A stretch of DNA of 64,000 nucleotides from Lytechinus pictus (Eukaryota). A program made the translations under genes and the position numbers. The notes beneath the pieces are model-generated. The model saw only the letters and a program-made list of their open reading frames with translations. It was not told the origin of the DNA and did not search any database. Positions 1 through 12,244 of this stretch are shown one piece after another (within the stretch, counting starts at the first letter, position 1; each line of letters opens with the position of its first letter). Location: positions 22,198,001 through 22,262,000 of the forward strand of contig NC_087251.1 of assembly GCF_037042905.1 (NCBI RefSeq), given 5' to 3'.

Positions 1-174
1 TGGGATAATAGAGTATGAACATGGCATGAATGCAAGATTGTGGGTGGGATAATAGAGTATGAACATGGCATGAATGCAAGATTGTGGATGGGATAATAGA
101 CTGAACATGACATGAATACAAGATTGTGGATGGGATAATAGAGTATGAACATGGCATGAATGCAAGATTGTGGT
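1..174. repeat. ~44-bp minisatellite, about 4 copies (cut by window edge)
   Basis: Unit TGGGATAATAGAGTATGAACATGGCATGAATGCAAGATTGTGG(G/A) recurs at 1, 45, 89 and 131. Confidence 0.9.
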
Positions 175-806
175 ATTATGTTGCTGATGTGCTTTAGTCA
201 TGTTATAAATAAACATAATTAGTTAATACAAGTATGATAAATACAAAAAATTATTTATCAATGAATACATATTTGAAAAGAAATCTATCTATCTGCAAGA
301 AAGATAAATGTGATTTTCTCTCTTTATATCAACAAAGGGTTATTACATTGGCCGGTAATTCTAAGAGGTTTCAATTGTACCATGGTACAAAACCATGGAC
401 TATGAGTATTTCTATACATCATTATGCTTATTTCATTGCATACACTATGAAAGGTCTCATTAGAAATGTTTGCTTTGGGCGAAGGACGCCTAATTGAAGC
501 ACGATAATACAAGAAATCTGCATATTCCATGGTTTTGTAGCATGGTGAAAATGAAACCTCTTTTGAGAATACAGCCATTATATTTACTTTTGAATAACCA
601 CTCTATGTATCATACATTTCTCTCACTATAAAAAAGAAAAAAAAAATAGAATGTGCAACCCCCCCTCCTCCCACCCTGTCGCTGTTTAAAGAAAGAATAA
701 AATAAATTGTAAGGTTTGAAACCAAACAGGATAATCCTACTCCTAAAAAAAACCACAAAAATAGATCACCAAAATTAAGCTGACATCTACATGAAAGAAA
801 CATTAC

Positions 807-909
807 CTTCTGCTTCAAACGTCTCATTTTGTGGTGGTTCAGGAGGGTTAGACCGGTGAGATGCTGAATGTGAATGGGACCGTCTATCATCATGTTCAAT
901 CTCAGGTGC
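807..909 (-). CDS. NINL: Ninein-like protein, coding exon 4 (APEIEHDD...QNETFEAEG); gene continues beyond position 1
   Basis: ttttag|GCA acceptor and G|gtaatg donor; phase 0 matches exon 3; FEAEG resembles the ninein-family motif as I recall it. Confidence 0.75.
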
Positions 910-1650
910 CTAAAAGTATACAAGATGAAGAAAAAAAATATTAGGTATGGTTCTGGTGGGTTAGACCTGTGAGATGCTAAGTGTGAATGGGACCATCTAT
1001 CATCATGTTCAATCTCAGGTGCTAATACAAAAATGAATAAAAAATATCAGAAATATAGTTAAGGGAAGTCACCTTTAATGCTACATTTAAGAAGATATAA
1101 AAAACCGATAAGTTTCTTATTTGTTGTGATCTATAACATGTGACATACATTTGATAGTGCTATGGTACTTTTACCCGAACTGCTATTAAATACAAAACAC
1201 TTGCTAAGTACTGTGAATGACATTTTGCCATATTTGACTTTAAAAAATGACAAAATTTAGGAATATGAACAAAGTATGAAAAAATTACTACACAGGATTT
1301 TTATGGCTAGAGCATCCATTGATTGATCAAAGTAGCTGGTAGAATTCTGATCCATCCTTTTATATTATTAATGTTGGTATATACAATAAAAAAAATCAGT
1401 ATTACAGCCCAGAATGGTTAACATGATTCCGTTAAGATAGCTACATAACCATCATTGACCCTACAACGTTAAGTATCACTGGGATTATTTTAATCTTACA
1501 ATCATTTATCATATAACAAACGAAAATGTATCTTTAACTCTCGTCTGCTCAAATATATGGCATGATTTTTTTACAGCTCTGCATTGAAAGTTGTAGGCCT
1601 AACTCTATGATGCAGATCCTCTGCCATTGGCTCTACATACATTGACTCAC

Positions 1651-1883
1651 CTCAACGTTTTCCTCTACATAAGACTTGGACTTTCTATTAGCACTCTGTT
1701 CACTACTCTCGTGATAAGACTGCATCGGACCAAGCTCTTCAGCCAAGGACTTGGGCTCATTACTGATCAGATCATCGTCCACTTCAGAGAAGTCTGCCGT
1801 CACATCAAAGTCTATATGAGATCTTCTGCCATATCGCCTCCCATCCTTCACATACTTGGGAGATACTTCATCAATCAGGTCAG
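1651..1883 (-). CDS. NINL: Ninein-like protein, coding exon 3 (ADLIDEVSPKYVKDGRRYGRRS...VEENVE)
   Basis: ctacag| acceptor and GAG|gtgagt donor; 233 nt keeps the frame; PKYVxxGxRYGRRS is the conserved ninein/NINL motif. Confidence 0.9.
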
Positions 1884-2357
1884 CTGTAGAAAAGAAAACA
1901 AATAAAAAAAAAACATTATCAAATGCTGATGTTACAAATCAGGAATCAGAAGAAAAAATGTTAAATGTGAATTCAAAACGTATTACAGATGGGAAACAAT
2001 AAAGGAAGAACTAAAAACTAATCTAAGACCCTGAATACATTAAATTCAGGGTTTTTAAAGTTACACAGATACAAATACAAAATACAACTGATAGAAAATT
2101 ATCTAATTAATGGGCATACATACATGCATTTGTCAAGATAAATAGATTCAGATGGTCATGGCTTTCTGTCACAAAGAGTAAAGCATCTTTATTTTATAAA
2201 ATCTATGTCTGAACTAACATTGGGACTGGAATCAAACCAATTTGTAACAGATTGATAAAAAATGCAGTTATAAACTGAAATGACTGTTGTTGCTAATTTA
2301 CATATGAGGATCTGATCAATAAAACTTGATTCTGTGACCTCACTGGTCTTTCATTAC

Positions 2358-2481
2358 CTGAATTGGGGAAGCTACCCATACTGTATTCCTGATCAATATC
2401 AGTTCCTACTTCTACACCATCTAGATCAACTGTTGATGATAGCACCATCACAAAGGCCTCCTTGAAGGTATCAAAGTCAAC
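2358..2481 (-). CDS. NINL: Ninein-like protein, coding exon 2 (VDFDTFKEAFVMVLSS...)
   Basis: atgcag|GTT acceptor and CAG|gtaatg donor; 124 nt; second EF-hand helix similar to NIN/NINL VxFxxFKE.F...LS. Confidence 0.9.
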
Positions 2482-3466
2482 CTGCATCAAGTATTCATAA
2501 ACATGAAATAAAAAGTGTTCTATCTCTGGATATAATCTTGTTAATATTGATTCCTGTCGGGTAATGAGGGTGACCTATCAAAAGGTTGGTATTCACTTGG
2601 TCGACAAGCAGATGCCAAATTCTCAGATTGTCTAAACACCATCATGGCTAAACCCACTGGGTGGTATTCTGATGATTAAACCTAGGTTTAACCCTTGTCT
2701 AAAGTGGAATATTAAACCACACTTCCATGGAATACTGAGCTTTATAATATTTCTACCATATTCAAGACAATTTAAATGGATCAATTAATTTGCAAAAATT
2801 CATAATACTTTCATATTTTTCTATTCTTCCCATTTCACATCTCAATTAATTTTTTGACATCTTTTTTGCAGTAGGATAAGAATAATTTTTAATTGGTAAA
2901 AAGAAGTTAAAAACTGGCACTCCATAAAAGTGTGGTCTAAGTTAACCCAAGTGTAACTATAAACCTCAACTATAAAAAAAAAAACACCCACTGGGTCAGT
3001 GGGTCTACTATCAATCTGGTTCAATTTCCACTTGGTCTTATTGCCATTAAGTCCAATGCCAAGATGATCTAATAATCATAATTTTCTACTTATTATTTGG
3101 TTGATTTAAACAATCCATCTAATCCTATGCACTATAAGGTGGTGTCAGACCAAATGGATATGGACATAGCTATAGCTATAATGAAATTATACTAATAAAC
3201 AAATCGGTTGTGGGATGAGACGAAAAGCAAAATAGACAAAGTGGTTACACTAACTGACAAATTACCTATCAGATGACCTGCAAATATCCTGTAGCTTTAT
3301 TGGTTTCAACATAGTCCTCAAATAGGTCTTTGATCATTATCATCCAAGGAAATCCTTAAAGTAACACAGCACGGCTTTCGCCAAGGGACACAAAGCCCCT
3401 AAGCTACAAAATACATGGAGATGAGAGCAACTTGTTCTTTCAAGTTCACTAGTCAGCAACACTATT

Positions 3467-3971
3467 ATGCTTTTCACATTGCATTTCCTTTATAACCCCA
3501 TACTATCCTTAACCCCGGACTATCCTTAACCCCAGACTATCTTTTTTTTATTCACACTGTCTTTCTTAACCCCATAGTACTATCTGCTTAGCCGGGGTTA
3601 ACGTCTAAACCCCGGACTATCCCACAGCTCATGAATATTGATGATTTTACCATACAGAGCGTGATTAACATGCAATTTCGACTTCTGTGATTGGCTATTG
3701 CTTAGCCCCAGTTTTCCTTAGCCCAGTTTCGTTTCACACTGCATCTCTTAGCACCGAAATTGTGGTGCTAGCACCACAATAAGCCGGCTAACCCTGCTTT
3801 TTTGCAGGGCCAGATAGTACCATACTATACCGTGCTAGCCCACTTTGCTAAAACATAGTGTGAAAACGAAGTGGGCTAAGCTTAACCCCGGGAAATTGGT
3901 AGGGCTAAGGCCCCCCCTTAGCCCCACCAATTTCCCGGGGTTAAGGAAAAAAAGTACAGTGTGAAAGGCAT
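3467..3971. mobile_element. Harbinger-like MITE with 3-bp TSD
   Basis: Imperfect TIR ATGCTTTTCACATTG / CAGTGTGAAAGGCAT; flanked by ATT at 3464-3466 and 3972-3974; internal repeats of CTTAACCCC(GG). Confidence 0.7.
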
Positions 3972-3992
3972 ATTAGTTACTTTCCTACTTAC

Positions 3993-4175
3993 CATCTTTG
4001 AGGTATCATTGCCAAGTAGCTGCTCCAGGAGGAGATCCACCTGTCCTTCTAGCTGGAGCTTGGAACACAATTCCGTCAGCTCCGCTGCACCAAGGCGACC
4101 AAGTCCCTTGGTATCACAGCCGGCAAACAATTCTTTGAGTTGGGAGACATACACATCTTCATCCGACTCATCCAT
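3993..4175 (-). CDS. NINL: Ninein-like protein, first coding exon (MDESDEDVYVSQLKELFAGCDTKGLGRL...LLGNDTSKM; EF-hand N-terminus)
   Basis: ATG at 4175, 183 nt, ATG|gtaag donor; upstream acceptor ttttag| at 4256-4257; closely resembles the NINL/ninein N-terminus as recalled. NIN versus NINL orthology cannot be resolved by eye. Confidence 0.9.
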
Positions 4176-5264
4176 TGTGGTAGATGGTGGTGGGGGTATT
4201 AAAGGGTGATGCAAAGGGTGGAGTCTTATACCAGCTCCCCGCTATAGTTTGTTATCTAAAAGGCAAGAATGTAGAGAGATACTGGTGTTAACAACAAGAA
4301 CAAAATCACTTGAAATCAAACAAGACACGAATTGATTAAAATCGCCTCACTCACAATGATTGTAGCTCATGGCATGAGAAGCTTCATGGTTATCTTGCTC
4401 AGATGCATTCTTGTTTTAAATGATTGACTGCTGTACTGTCATGGTGTACAATGTGGTCTCTGATACCACCCTGAAAACCCTCAAATAAAACCAATTGTGA
4501 CACAGTAGAATTTCAAATCTACATAGCAATTGCCATACAAATAAGAAAGTTTGGTACAGAGGTACATTCCTTTGAAAAACTCAATTACAACCATGCTATA
4601 TGTACCTCACAAACTTGCTTAATGCAGAAAAGGCATGGAAGCTCCTTGCATCTTTAATAATAGATCAATAAATCCTACACCATAGCTAGGCGATAAAGAC
4701 AATGTTTTTCATAGGATTGACAGGAATGCTTGCATTGTCCAATGCAGGGCTGGGTTCACAGTGTTTCTTGTGAACAGCCAAGGGCAAATCAATAACATTG
4801 ATTGAATTCTTCTTAAGATTGCAATCTCATATCTATTTGGGTGAGATTAAAAAAATAACCTGAAATATGTGATTATGTTTACAATTTTTTCTTTACACTT
4901 CGGTTGGCTCCATTAGATATCATTTTCATCTAGGCCTACATGTACATATATGCATGAGAACTCGTCAAATAAAAGTAGAATAGAAATCATGAGATGGTAC
5001 ATACAGTACCATACATTTTAGTAACTGACCTAGAAATGTACATGTATGTATAATTTACAGAAGTCATCAGATATATATGCTATTTATAAAACATGGATAA
5101 AAAGTAGGATAATTATTCAATGTATGAACTGTCATGAATTATTCTTATGTATTGAGCTGTGGATGCAATGTCAAATCAGCCTCTCTTAAGATTTGGTAAA
5201 TCTACCCATAAATGTCTTGAACTTATTCCATTTCATGTACATCAAATATGAAAGTGCATTATCT

Positions 5265-5434
5265 GGGGGTATTTCATGAAAGTTGTCAGCACTGACTAAA
5301 TTGTCAGTGCTGACGATTTCAGTGAAATCCTTGGTTTTGATTGGCTGTGAGGCACTTGCCTCTGACTATTTACTATGGTAACTGTCGGAGAAAGCCAACT
5401 TGTCAGTGCTGACAACTTTCATGAAACGCTCCCC
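5265..5434. mobile_element. Short Harbinger-like MITE (GGGG..TTTCATGAAAG family)
   Basis: TIR TTTCATGAAAGTTGTCAGCACTGAC / GTCAGTGCTGACAACTTTCATGAAA; related to the array at 12245-13280. Confidence 0.7.
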
Positions 5435-7066
5435 CGGACATGGATTAATCTCATTATTTTATAATAAAATTAAAATTATCTACAATATGAAAAAGGAACA
5501 ATTTTTATTTTTTATTCCACCAAAAAACCTATGGTCAGGATCCTACCAAAATTAAATCTCTGCATATTTCTTACTTTTTTTCATATTGCTTCTCAAACTT
5601 GAAATGGGCTGGAAATTCCAAGTTATAATCTGCTCGCACATGTAGCTTTCATATAATAGCATTAAATAAATTTGTTAGACAAGTGTCAAAATTGCCTTTC
5701 TTGAAGAACAATAAAACATTACTGAGAAAGGGGGCTACATGTAATATCCTAAAAACATTTTTTTTTCCATAAATTAACAAATGAAAAAGATTTAAAGGTC
5801 ATTAAGTTTTTTGTAAGATGTTAATATATTAGATGATTCTCATTATATAAAAATACCCAAACTATGACTTATTCCAAAAATAATCTAACTAGTGGTCTGA
5901 AGGAAATATTACCAATACTCACTGAAGATATTTTTTTCTCTTAAAGAATACTGAATATCCCAAGACATTTTTGGTTCATATGAGTAGGAAACTAGATATT
6001 GGTGGTCTATGAATTCCCAAATTAGTAGAATTGGAATTGACCTAGAGCAAGTAAAAAAAAAAATCACTCATATACATATACATGTAATATAGGACCCATC
6101 ATGTCATGCTCAATTTAATAAATATCATTATATAGTTCAGATCTGATTGATCAAAGTTAGATAGAGACATCAAAGTGATATAACTTTAAGTGATATTGCA
6201 ACACGAGTAAAGGACTATATTAGGCCTACCGCCTACCACTTCTTCTTGCCAAATGTTGAAAAGACAACAACACTACAATGTTCAGCGAGCCCAGAGAAAC
6301 AAACTTCATTGAATTCTGTAACATTTTATCACCTGACTTCACAGTTAAATATTTATCTTAAACATGGCAGAACTTGAACACTTAAAAATACATATGTTTA
6401 TTTTCTGCAGTGGGGTTCACTAACTTTTGAGCACTTTTACACGTACATCTGATTAAAATAAAGCTTGACTTATTAGTGTTACATATATGTTTCACATGAA
6501 TGTAAAAGTAAACCCAATAGAGATCAAACTAGATCTATGAATCAAAGTATATCATGCTATAGTTTGAGGTCTATGGTACCCAAACTGAGCCTTCATCCAC
6601 CCATGAATAATAGATAATGTCTAAACAGACAATCAATGTGGGATAAACTGTGCAAAGGAAGTCTTGATGTTAATGTGTCTTCTAATACCTCCCAAGCGTC
6701 CATTCAAGGAAACTATTGATTGATTTCATGTGCCTTGTGTACTAAACTCATTGTTATTGCCATCACAGTGTCTCCTTTCAGATGACTCCTGTTCAACAAC
6801 CAACTTGGTATACACAATATGACTGATCAACTGGTACTAAGTGCATCAGGGACATAAATGTACAGTACATACATACATTATAAATGAATAAGATCCCTTT
6901 GGATTACGAGAGGGGTATGTAAACAAAATATGAGAAGGCACTGCACAACTGCATGTCACCTTTTTTTCTCCAAAAAAAAAAGATGACGAGAAAACAATGA
7001 AGACTTTGCCTAAATAAGAGACACTGTAACCTTGAATAACAGTAAACTGGTAATAAAAGTTCTTAA

Positions 7067-7662
7067 ATGACAAGTACACCCCAACAAAAAATTGATTTGA
7101 ATAAAAAGAGAAAAATCCAAAAAGCATAACGCTGAAAATTTCATCAAAATCAGATGTAAAATAAGAAAGTTATGACATTTTAAAATTTCACTTAATTTCA
7201 CAAAACAGTTATATGCACATCCTGATCGGTATGCAAATTAGGAGACTGATGACGTCATCCACTCACTATTTCTTTTTTGTTTTATTATATGAAATATTCT
7301 AATTTTCTCTTCATTAACAAGTGAAACAGTGATTAATTCCTCCCTGAACATGTGGAATTAGCATTGTTTAATACTATATGGTTCAGTCAAGTTGGTCCCT
7401 ATGGTCAGATCTGTAAAAATAGAATATTGTATAATTCAAACAATAACAAACAAAAGAAATAGTGAGTGGTGGACATCACCGACTTACTCATTTGCATGTC
7501 ATTGAGTTGTGCATATCACTGTTTTGTGATGTAAATAAGCGAAACTTTAAAATGCCATAACTTTCTTATTTTACATCCAATTTTGATGAAATTTTCAGTG
7601 TTATGCAAGTTTGATTTTTCTCTATTTATTCAAATCAACATTTTGCTGGGGTGGACTTGACC
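7067..7662. mobile_element. Kolobok-like non-autonomous element (TTAA TSD)
   Basis: TTAA at 7063-7066 and 7663-7666; long imperfect TIRs CAAGTACACCCCAACAAAAAATTGATTTGAATAAA / TTTATTCAAATCAACATTTTGCTGGGGTGGACTTG. Confidence 0.75.
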
Positions 7663-9941
7663 TTAAGTTTCAACTCTGATTTTTGAAAGCAGACCTATTT
7701 CCAAAAATGTACACAAACGACAACTACCTGCATACCCGCGATGACACATATTTATTATAAACCCCTACACCAACATGAGGGCTATGAGAGATTCGCTCCT
7801 AAAATACAGAAAAGGATAGCAATCTGAGGCACCACAAATTGATACTGGCTGCATATAAATTGTGGAGTTTTAAAATAAAAAAAACCCAGTGCACATAATT
7901 ACAAAATGTATCTCTTTAAAGTTACAACATCAAAAATACTTGCTTGTCAAATTTCTGCTTGTTTCTTGATTGATAACATCACTGGATATCTATTTGAATC
8001 ATCTTAAACTAACCCCCTCCCCTCCAAAAAAAAAAGTAAGGATATGAAGTATTCAGAAGGCAATAATAATAAAAACCAAACCTACCTTAAATGACAAAAT
8101 CCAAACTTGTAGAAGTTACTACAGAAGCTTCCATAATCCATTTCATATCTAACTCACACCATCCATGCTCACACGCTGTCTCCATATGCCTAAGAATTAC
8201 ACCCCTGACCAGCAGGGCATGGGTCATCTACCCCTTCTCCCAAGCTGTTATGTATTCAAGTGCTGGCCTAATAACTGGGCATGGGGCAAAGGCTATGGCA
8301 TTCCTGATTTCAACAATCAATTCAACCCTCATCCTCTTCAAACTTAATTCCTACATGTATTTCACACCAATTGTTTAGAGGCAAAGCAAAAAAAAAAAAA
8401 AAAAAAAAGCAAGGTACTTTTTGTACATGAAGGTATTGACAAGATATACAAAGGAGCTGTGAACCTTTCATCAGTCTAATTCAATTTGCCTATTCACACC
8501 TCAGATTTCAAATATGGGTAAAGGGATTAAGCTTGAAGAACAAAGGTGGTTCACTTGGATTAAATAAGGGTACAGGATGCCCAGGGTCTAGGATTTGTGG
8601 AGCTCATAGAAATGTCAACATCCTGTTTAACCAGGATGTATCAAGACGTAAGCCAACAACATAAAGTTGAACGCAGATTGGAATGCAAAGTAAGTAACTT
8701 TTATGGATAAATCTTTTAATATGGTCAAATCCATGAAAATATTTGTCACTACAACAAAGTAGTAGTTAAAAGTTGCCCACTTAGTGTTGCATGAAACAGG
8801 AGCATAGCATGTTTAGTAATAAAGCCTTATTTTTCAACCTCTTCTTGTACCTATGAAAATATCAGCATGGAAGAAATATTTCATCACTCAATACTCTACA
8901 CACTAAACACACAACTATGATTTATTATTTCCTTTTGTTCAATTTCATTATCAACAACCACTGCAGCTAAATAAATCATTACTTCAGTTTACTCCAAGTC
9001 TCCAACCTATCCCATATTGAGAAGTTTGATTACTGACCTTGCAGTACTTATTGAATGGCGATCATGTTGATAAAATCAATAGATGGCAAGGGGGGTAGTG
9101 CAAATATTTATTCTTTTTTGGATTCTTTTCCTGACTGAGGAATGTGCAACAGTGTGTATCAAAAGGTATTCTGCATTGCACTTTGGCAGCTTACTTTGCA
9201 ATTCCATGAAAGAAGTTAATAGAAAGCATCTATTTTTCTTCTCTGAACAAATGACCTGACTCAAAGTTGCACTGATCAATTTGGTCCCCAGTGGTCCTTT
9301 CAAAATCCTTTTACTTCCAATCTAGCCCCCTGTACACATTTCTATCATTTCCTCCACAAGTGCTTGGTCATGTGATTGTTTTTCATGTACCCGTTCAATG
9401 ACACATGATTGCTCACCTGAGGTGATACTAGACAATGTCAACAGCATCTGATTGCCATGACAACCTTACATGTGAATGTGATAGATCCCGATCAGCCATA
9501 CACACGCATAGTGAGACAGATGGACTTGCCACACACTCTGACTCTGTGTTGTGCAAGAAATTCATACTTTGTGTATAAAAGTTGGTTCCAGATATAAGAT
9601 TAGGCTTCCCCCTGTTTCATGAGAATAAGCCAGTTCGTAGTTCCTTTCTGCGCATGATCAAAAGATTCTACACATGATCAGAGGAAGGTCATTTGTACTA
9701 AAGTGATACGGTGGTTTAAAATCTAATGAGTTAAGCACCAACTTTGATGTCTTGATTATTCATATATTCTTTTGAATTGTGGTTTTCATTTACATCCACA
9801 AAAAACAACAACGAGTCCACGAACGACTGGTTTTCACAGTTTGCCAAGTACATTGTGCAACATGCTATGATATGCATTCAAAGTAGGAATGCAACAAATA
9901 CCTTCATAAAGTGTTCATTGGTGTGCTATTCTAGTCACCTG

Positions 9942-11957
9942 GGGCGGTATTCTGAAAACGTTCTTATCTTAATTTTGTTCTTATCTACGTCACGATCTCA
10001 AATTGGTATTCTGAAAACGTTCTTATCTTTTTCTTATCTTTTGTTCTTATCTTTTCCTTATCTTGCTAAACATCCTATGCTGAGCGCGTAAATGTATTAC
10101 TCGCGCATATAATACAAAAGCGCGCTAAAAAGATAAGAACAAAATGAAGAAAAGTGGTATTCTGAAAACGTTCTTATCTTTTCTCTTTCTTATCTTTCAC
10201 GATATTTATGATAATATTTAAGATAGCTAGAGGGTTATCACATCTCACGATGTCTGCGTTCTTTCTTGCTCAAACTCGATGGTCACGAGTAGTAACAAGT
10301 ACCCACAAGTATTCCTCCTACCCTTTCTATCATCCACCCTTTATTTTGCCAGTCTCTTTTTTCTATCCCTTTTTTCTTTATTTCTTTTCTCTTTTTCTTC
10401 CTTTCTATGTGTCTGTCATTCTTCCTTTCTTTCATTCTTCATTTATATCTTTTGTTTTATTCTTTTTTAAATCTTTTAATTTCTTTAATTTTCTTTTGTT
10501 TTGTTTCATTTATTCTTCATCTTTCTTCCTTTTTTATTTTCCCTTTGTGTTTTTTTCTTTGCCCTTTTCTCTCGTCCTTTCCTTTTCTTTTTTTTTCATT
10601 TTTCTTTCTACCTTCATTTTTTTAAATCTTTTTATTTCTTCCTTATTTTTTTCTTTCGTCTTTATATATGCTTTTTCTTACTTTCTTCCTTCCCTTAATT
10701 TGTATTTTCCTTTATTTTTCTTTCTTTTATTTTTTTCTTTTTATTTTGGGTTCTTCTTTCTGTTTTCGTTGGTTCATTTGTTCTTTCTTTCATTTTGTTT
10801 ATTTCTGCTTCCTGACACTCTTGTGTCTTATTTACTTTCTTTCTTTTATTTTATTCTTTATTTCGCTCATTCTTTTTTTGTTCGTTCTTTATTTACTCTC
10901 TTTCTTTACTTTCTTTTCTGTGTCTTTCTTCTATTAATTAAAAAATCTTTTTCTTTATTCTTTCCATTAATAGTTTTCGTTTTTTTAAATATTAATTCTT
11001 CACTTTTCCTGACTTTTTATTGTTCCTTTTCGTTCCTTTTCTTTCTTTGATTTTACCTTTCTTTCCTTTTTATCTTTCTGTAGTCTTTATTTTTGCTTTA
11101 ATTTTCCTTTATTTTTTTCTCTCTAATCCTTATTTTTTTGTTTCATTTTCCTTTTTTTCTCTTTTCCTTCAATTTTTACATTTTTATTCCTTTTTCTCTT
11201 TCTTTCTTACTGTCTTTCGTTCGTTTTTTCTATCTTTTTTCTTTCTCGGTTCTTTATTACTTCATATTATCCTTTATTAATCTTTTTATTTTGTCCTTTT
11301 ACTTTTTTCCTTTAAGTTTCTTTCCTTTCTTTATTTTTTCTTCCTCACTTTATCATCGATAATCGATCTATTTCTTTTTCCTTCTTTTATTCATTCTTTT
11401 TTCTTTCTTTATTTTTAAGTTTTTTTTTTTCTTGTTTACTTTCGTTTACTCTTTATTTCTTTCATTATTTTCTGCTTTGTTCCTTTCATTGTTTTTTTTT
11501 ATTTCTGCTTCATTCTGACACTTTTATGGCTTCTTACTTACCTACTTACTTTCTTTTCTTCATATTTTATTCTTTATTCGTACCTGCTTTATTTACTTTT
11601 TTCTTTCTTTCTTTATTTCATGCACGTGTCTACGTCTCGAAATAATAATCAGTCATTGCGTATAAATTGCCTATTTCGCGCAATGCGCCAGAAACAGTGT
11701 ACGCGCAGCGCCCATGATATTCTCTTGACATAAGGGACGCTTCTATTGGTTAAAGTGCCAATATAAAGCGCATTTTGATTGGTAATATCCTAAAAATGGG
11801 CGTGTTCAAGATAAGAAGGAGGCAGTCCTTACAAAGATAAGAACGCGTTAAGAAGATTTTCAGAATACCGATTTGCAATTATTTTAGCGTCTTCTTATCT
11901 CAATGAGATAAGATAAAAGATAAGAACAAAGATAAGAACGTTTTCAGAATACCACCC
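9942..11957. mobile_element. Harbinger-like non-autonomous element with CTG TSD, carrying a ~1.3-kb CT-rich tract
   Basis: TIR GGGCGGTATTCTGAAAACGTTCTTATCTT / AAGATAAGAACGTTTTCAGAATACCACCC; CTG at 9939-9941 and 11958-11960; subterminal TTCTTATCT repeats. Confidence 0.8.
10350..11620. repeat. Polypyrimidine (T/C-rich) low-complexity tract
   Basis: Almost purely T/C on the + strand; the source of spurious F/L/S ORFs. Confidence 0.95.
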
Positions 11958-12244
11958 CTGGTCTATTCAATTTCTTCATCCTGCTATGTAAGGCAAGCTT
12001 ACGTAATATTTTGCTTTGAAATCTGCCTATCATAATGAAAGAAATGAAAGGTCATTTGACCGAAAATTGTCCATGAGTAACTACGAACTGGTCTATTGAT
12101 AAATATTTCATTACAAATGTTGATTTGTACTTGTAGGTAGCATATTCAAATATATGAAGAAAAAAATATTCCAAACCACCCCCCCCCCCCCAAAAAAAAA
12201 AAGAAGAAACAAACAAGAGAAAAAAATTCAATTTAAAAGCATTG

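Noticed and set aside
9451..9464. X-box-like ATTGCCATGACAAC as an alternative ninein-like promoter
   Set aside because: Two mismatches to the consensus palindrome and no other supporting evidence
10208..11362. Long F/L/S-rich ORFs (up to 280 aa)
   Set aside because: Artefact of a stop-poor polypyrimidine tract inside a TIR element
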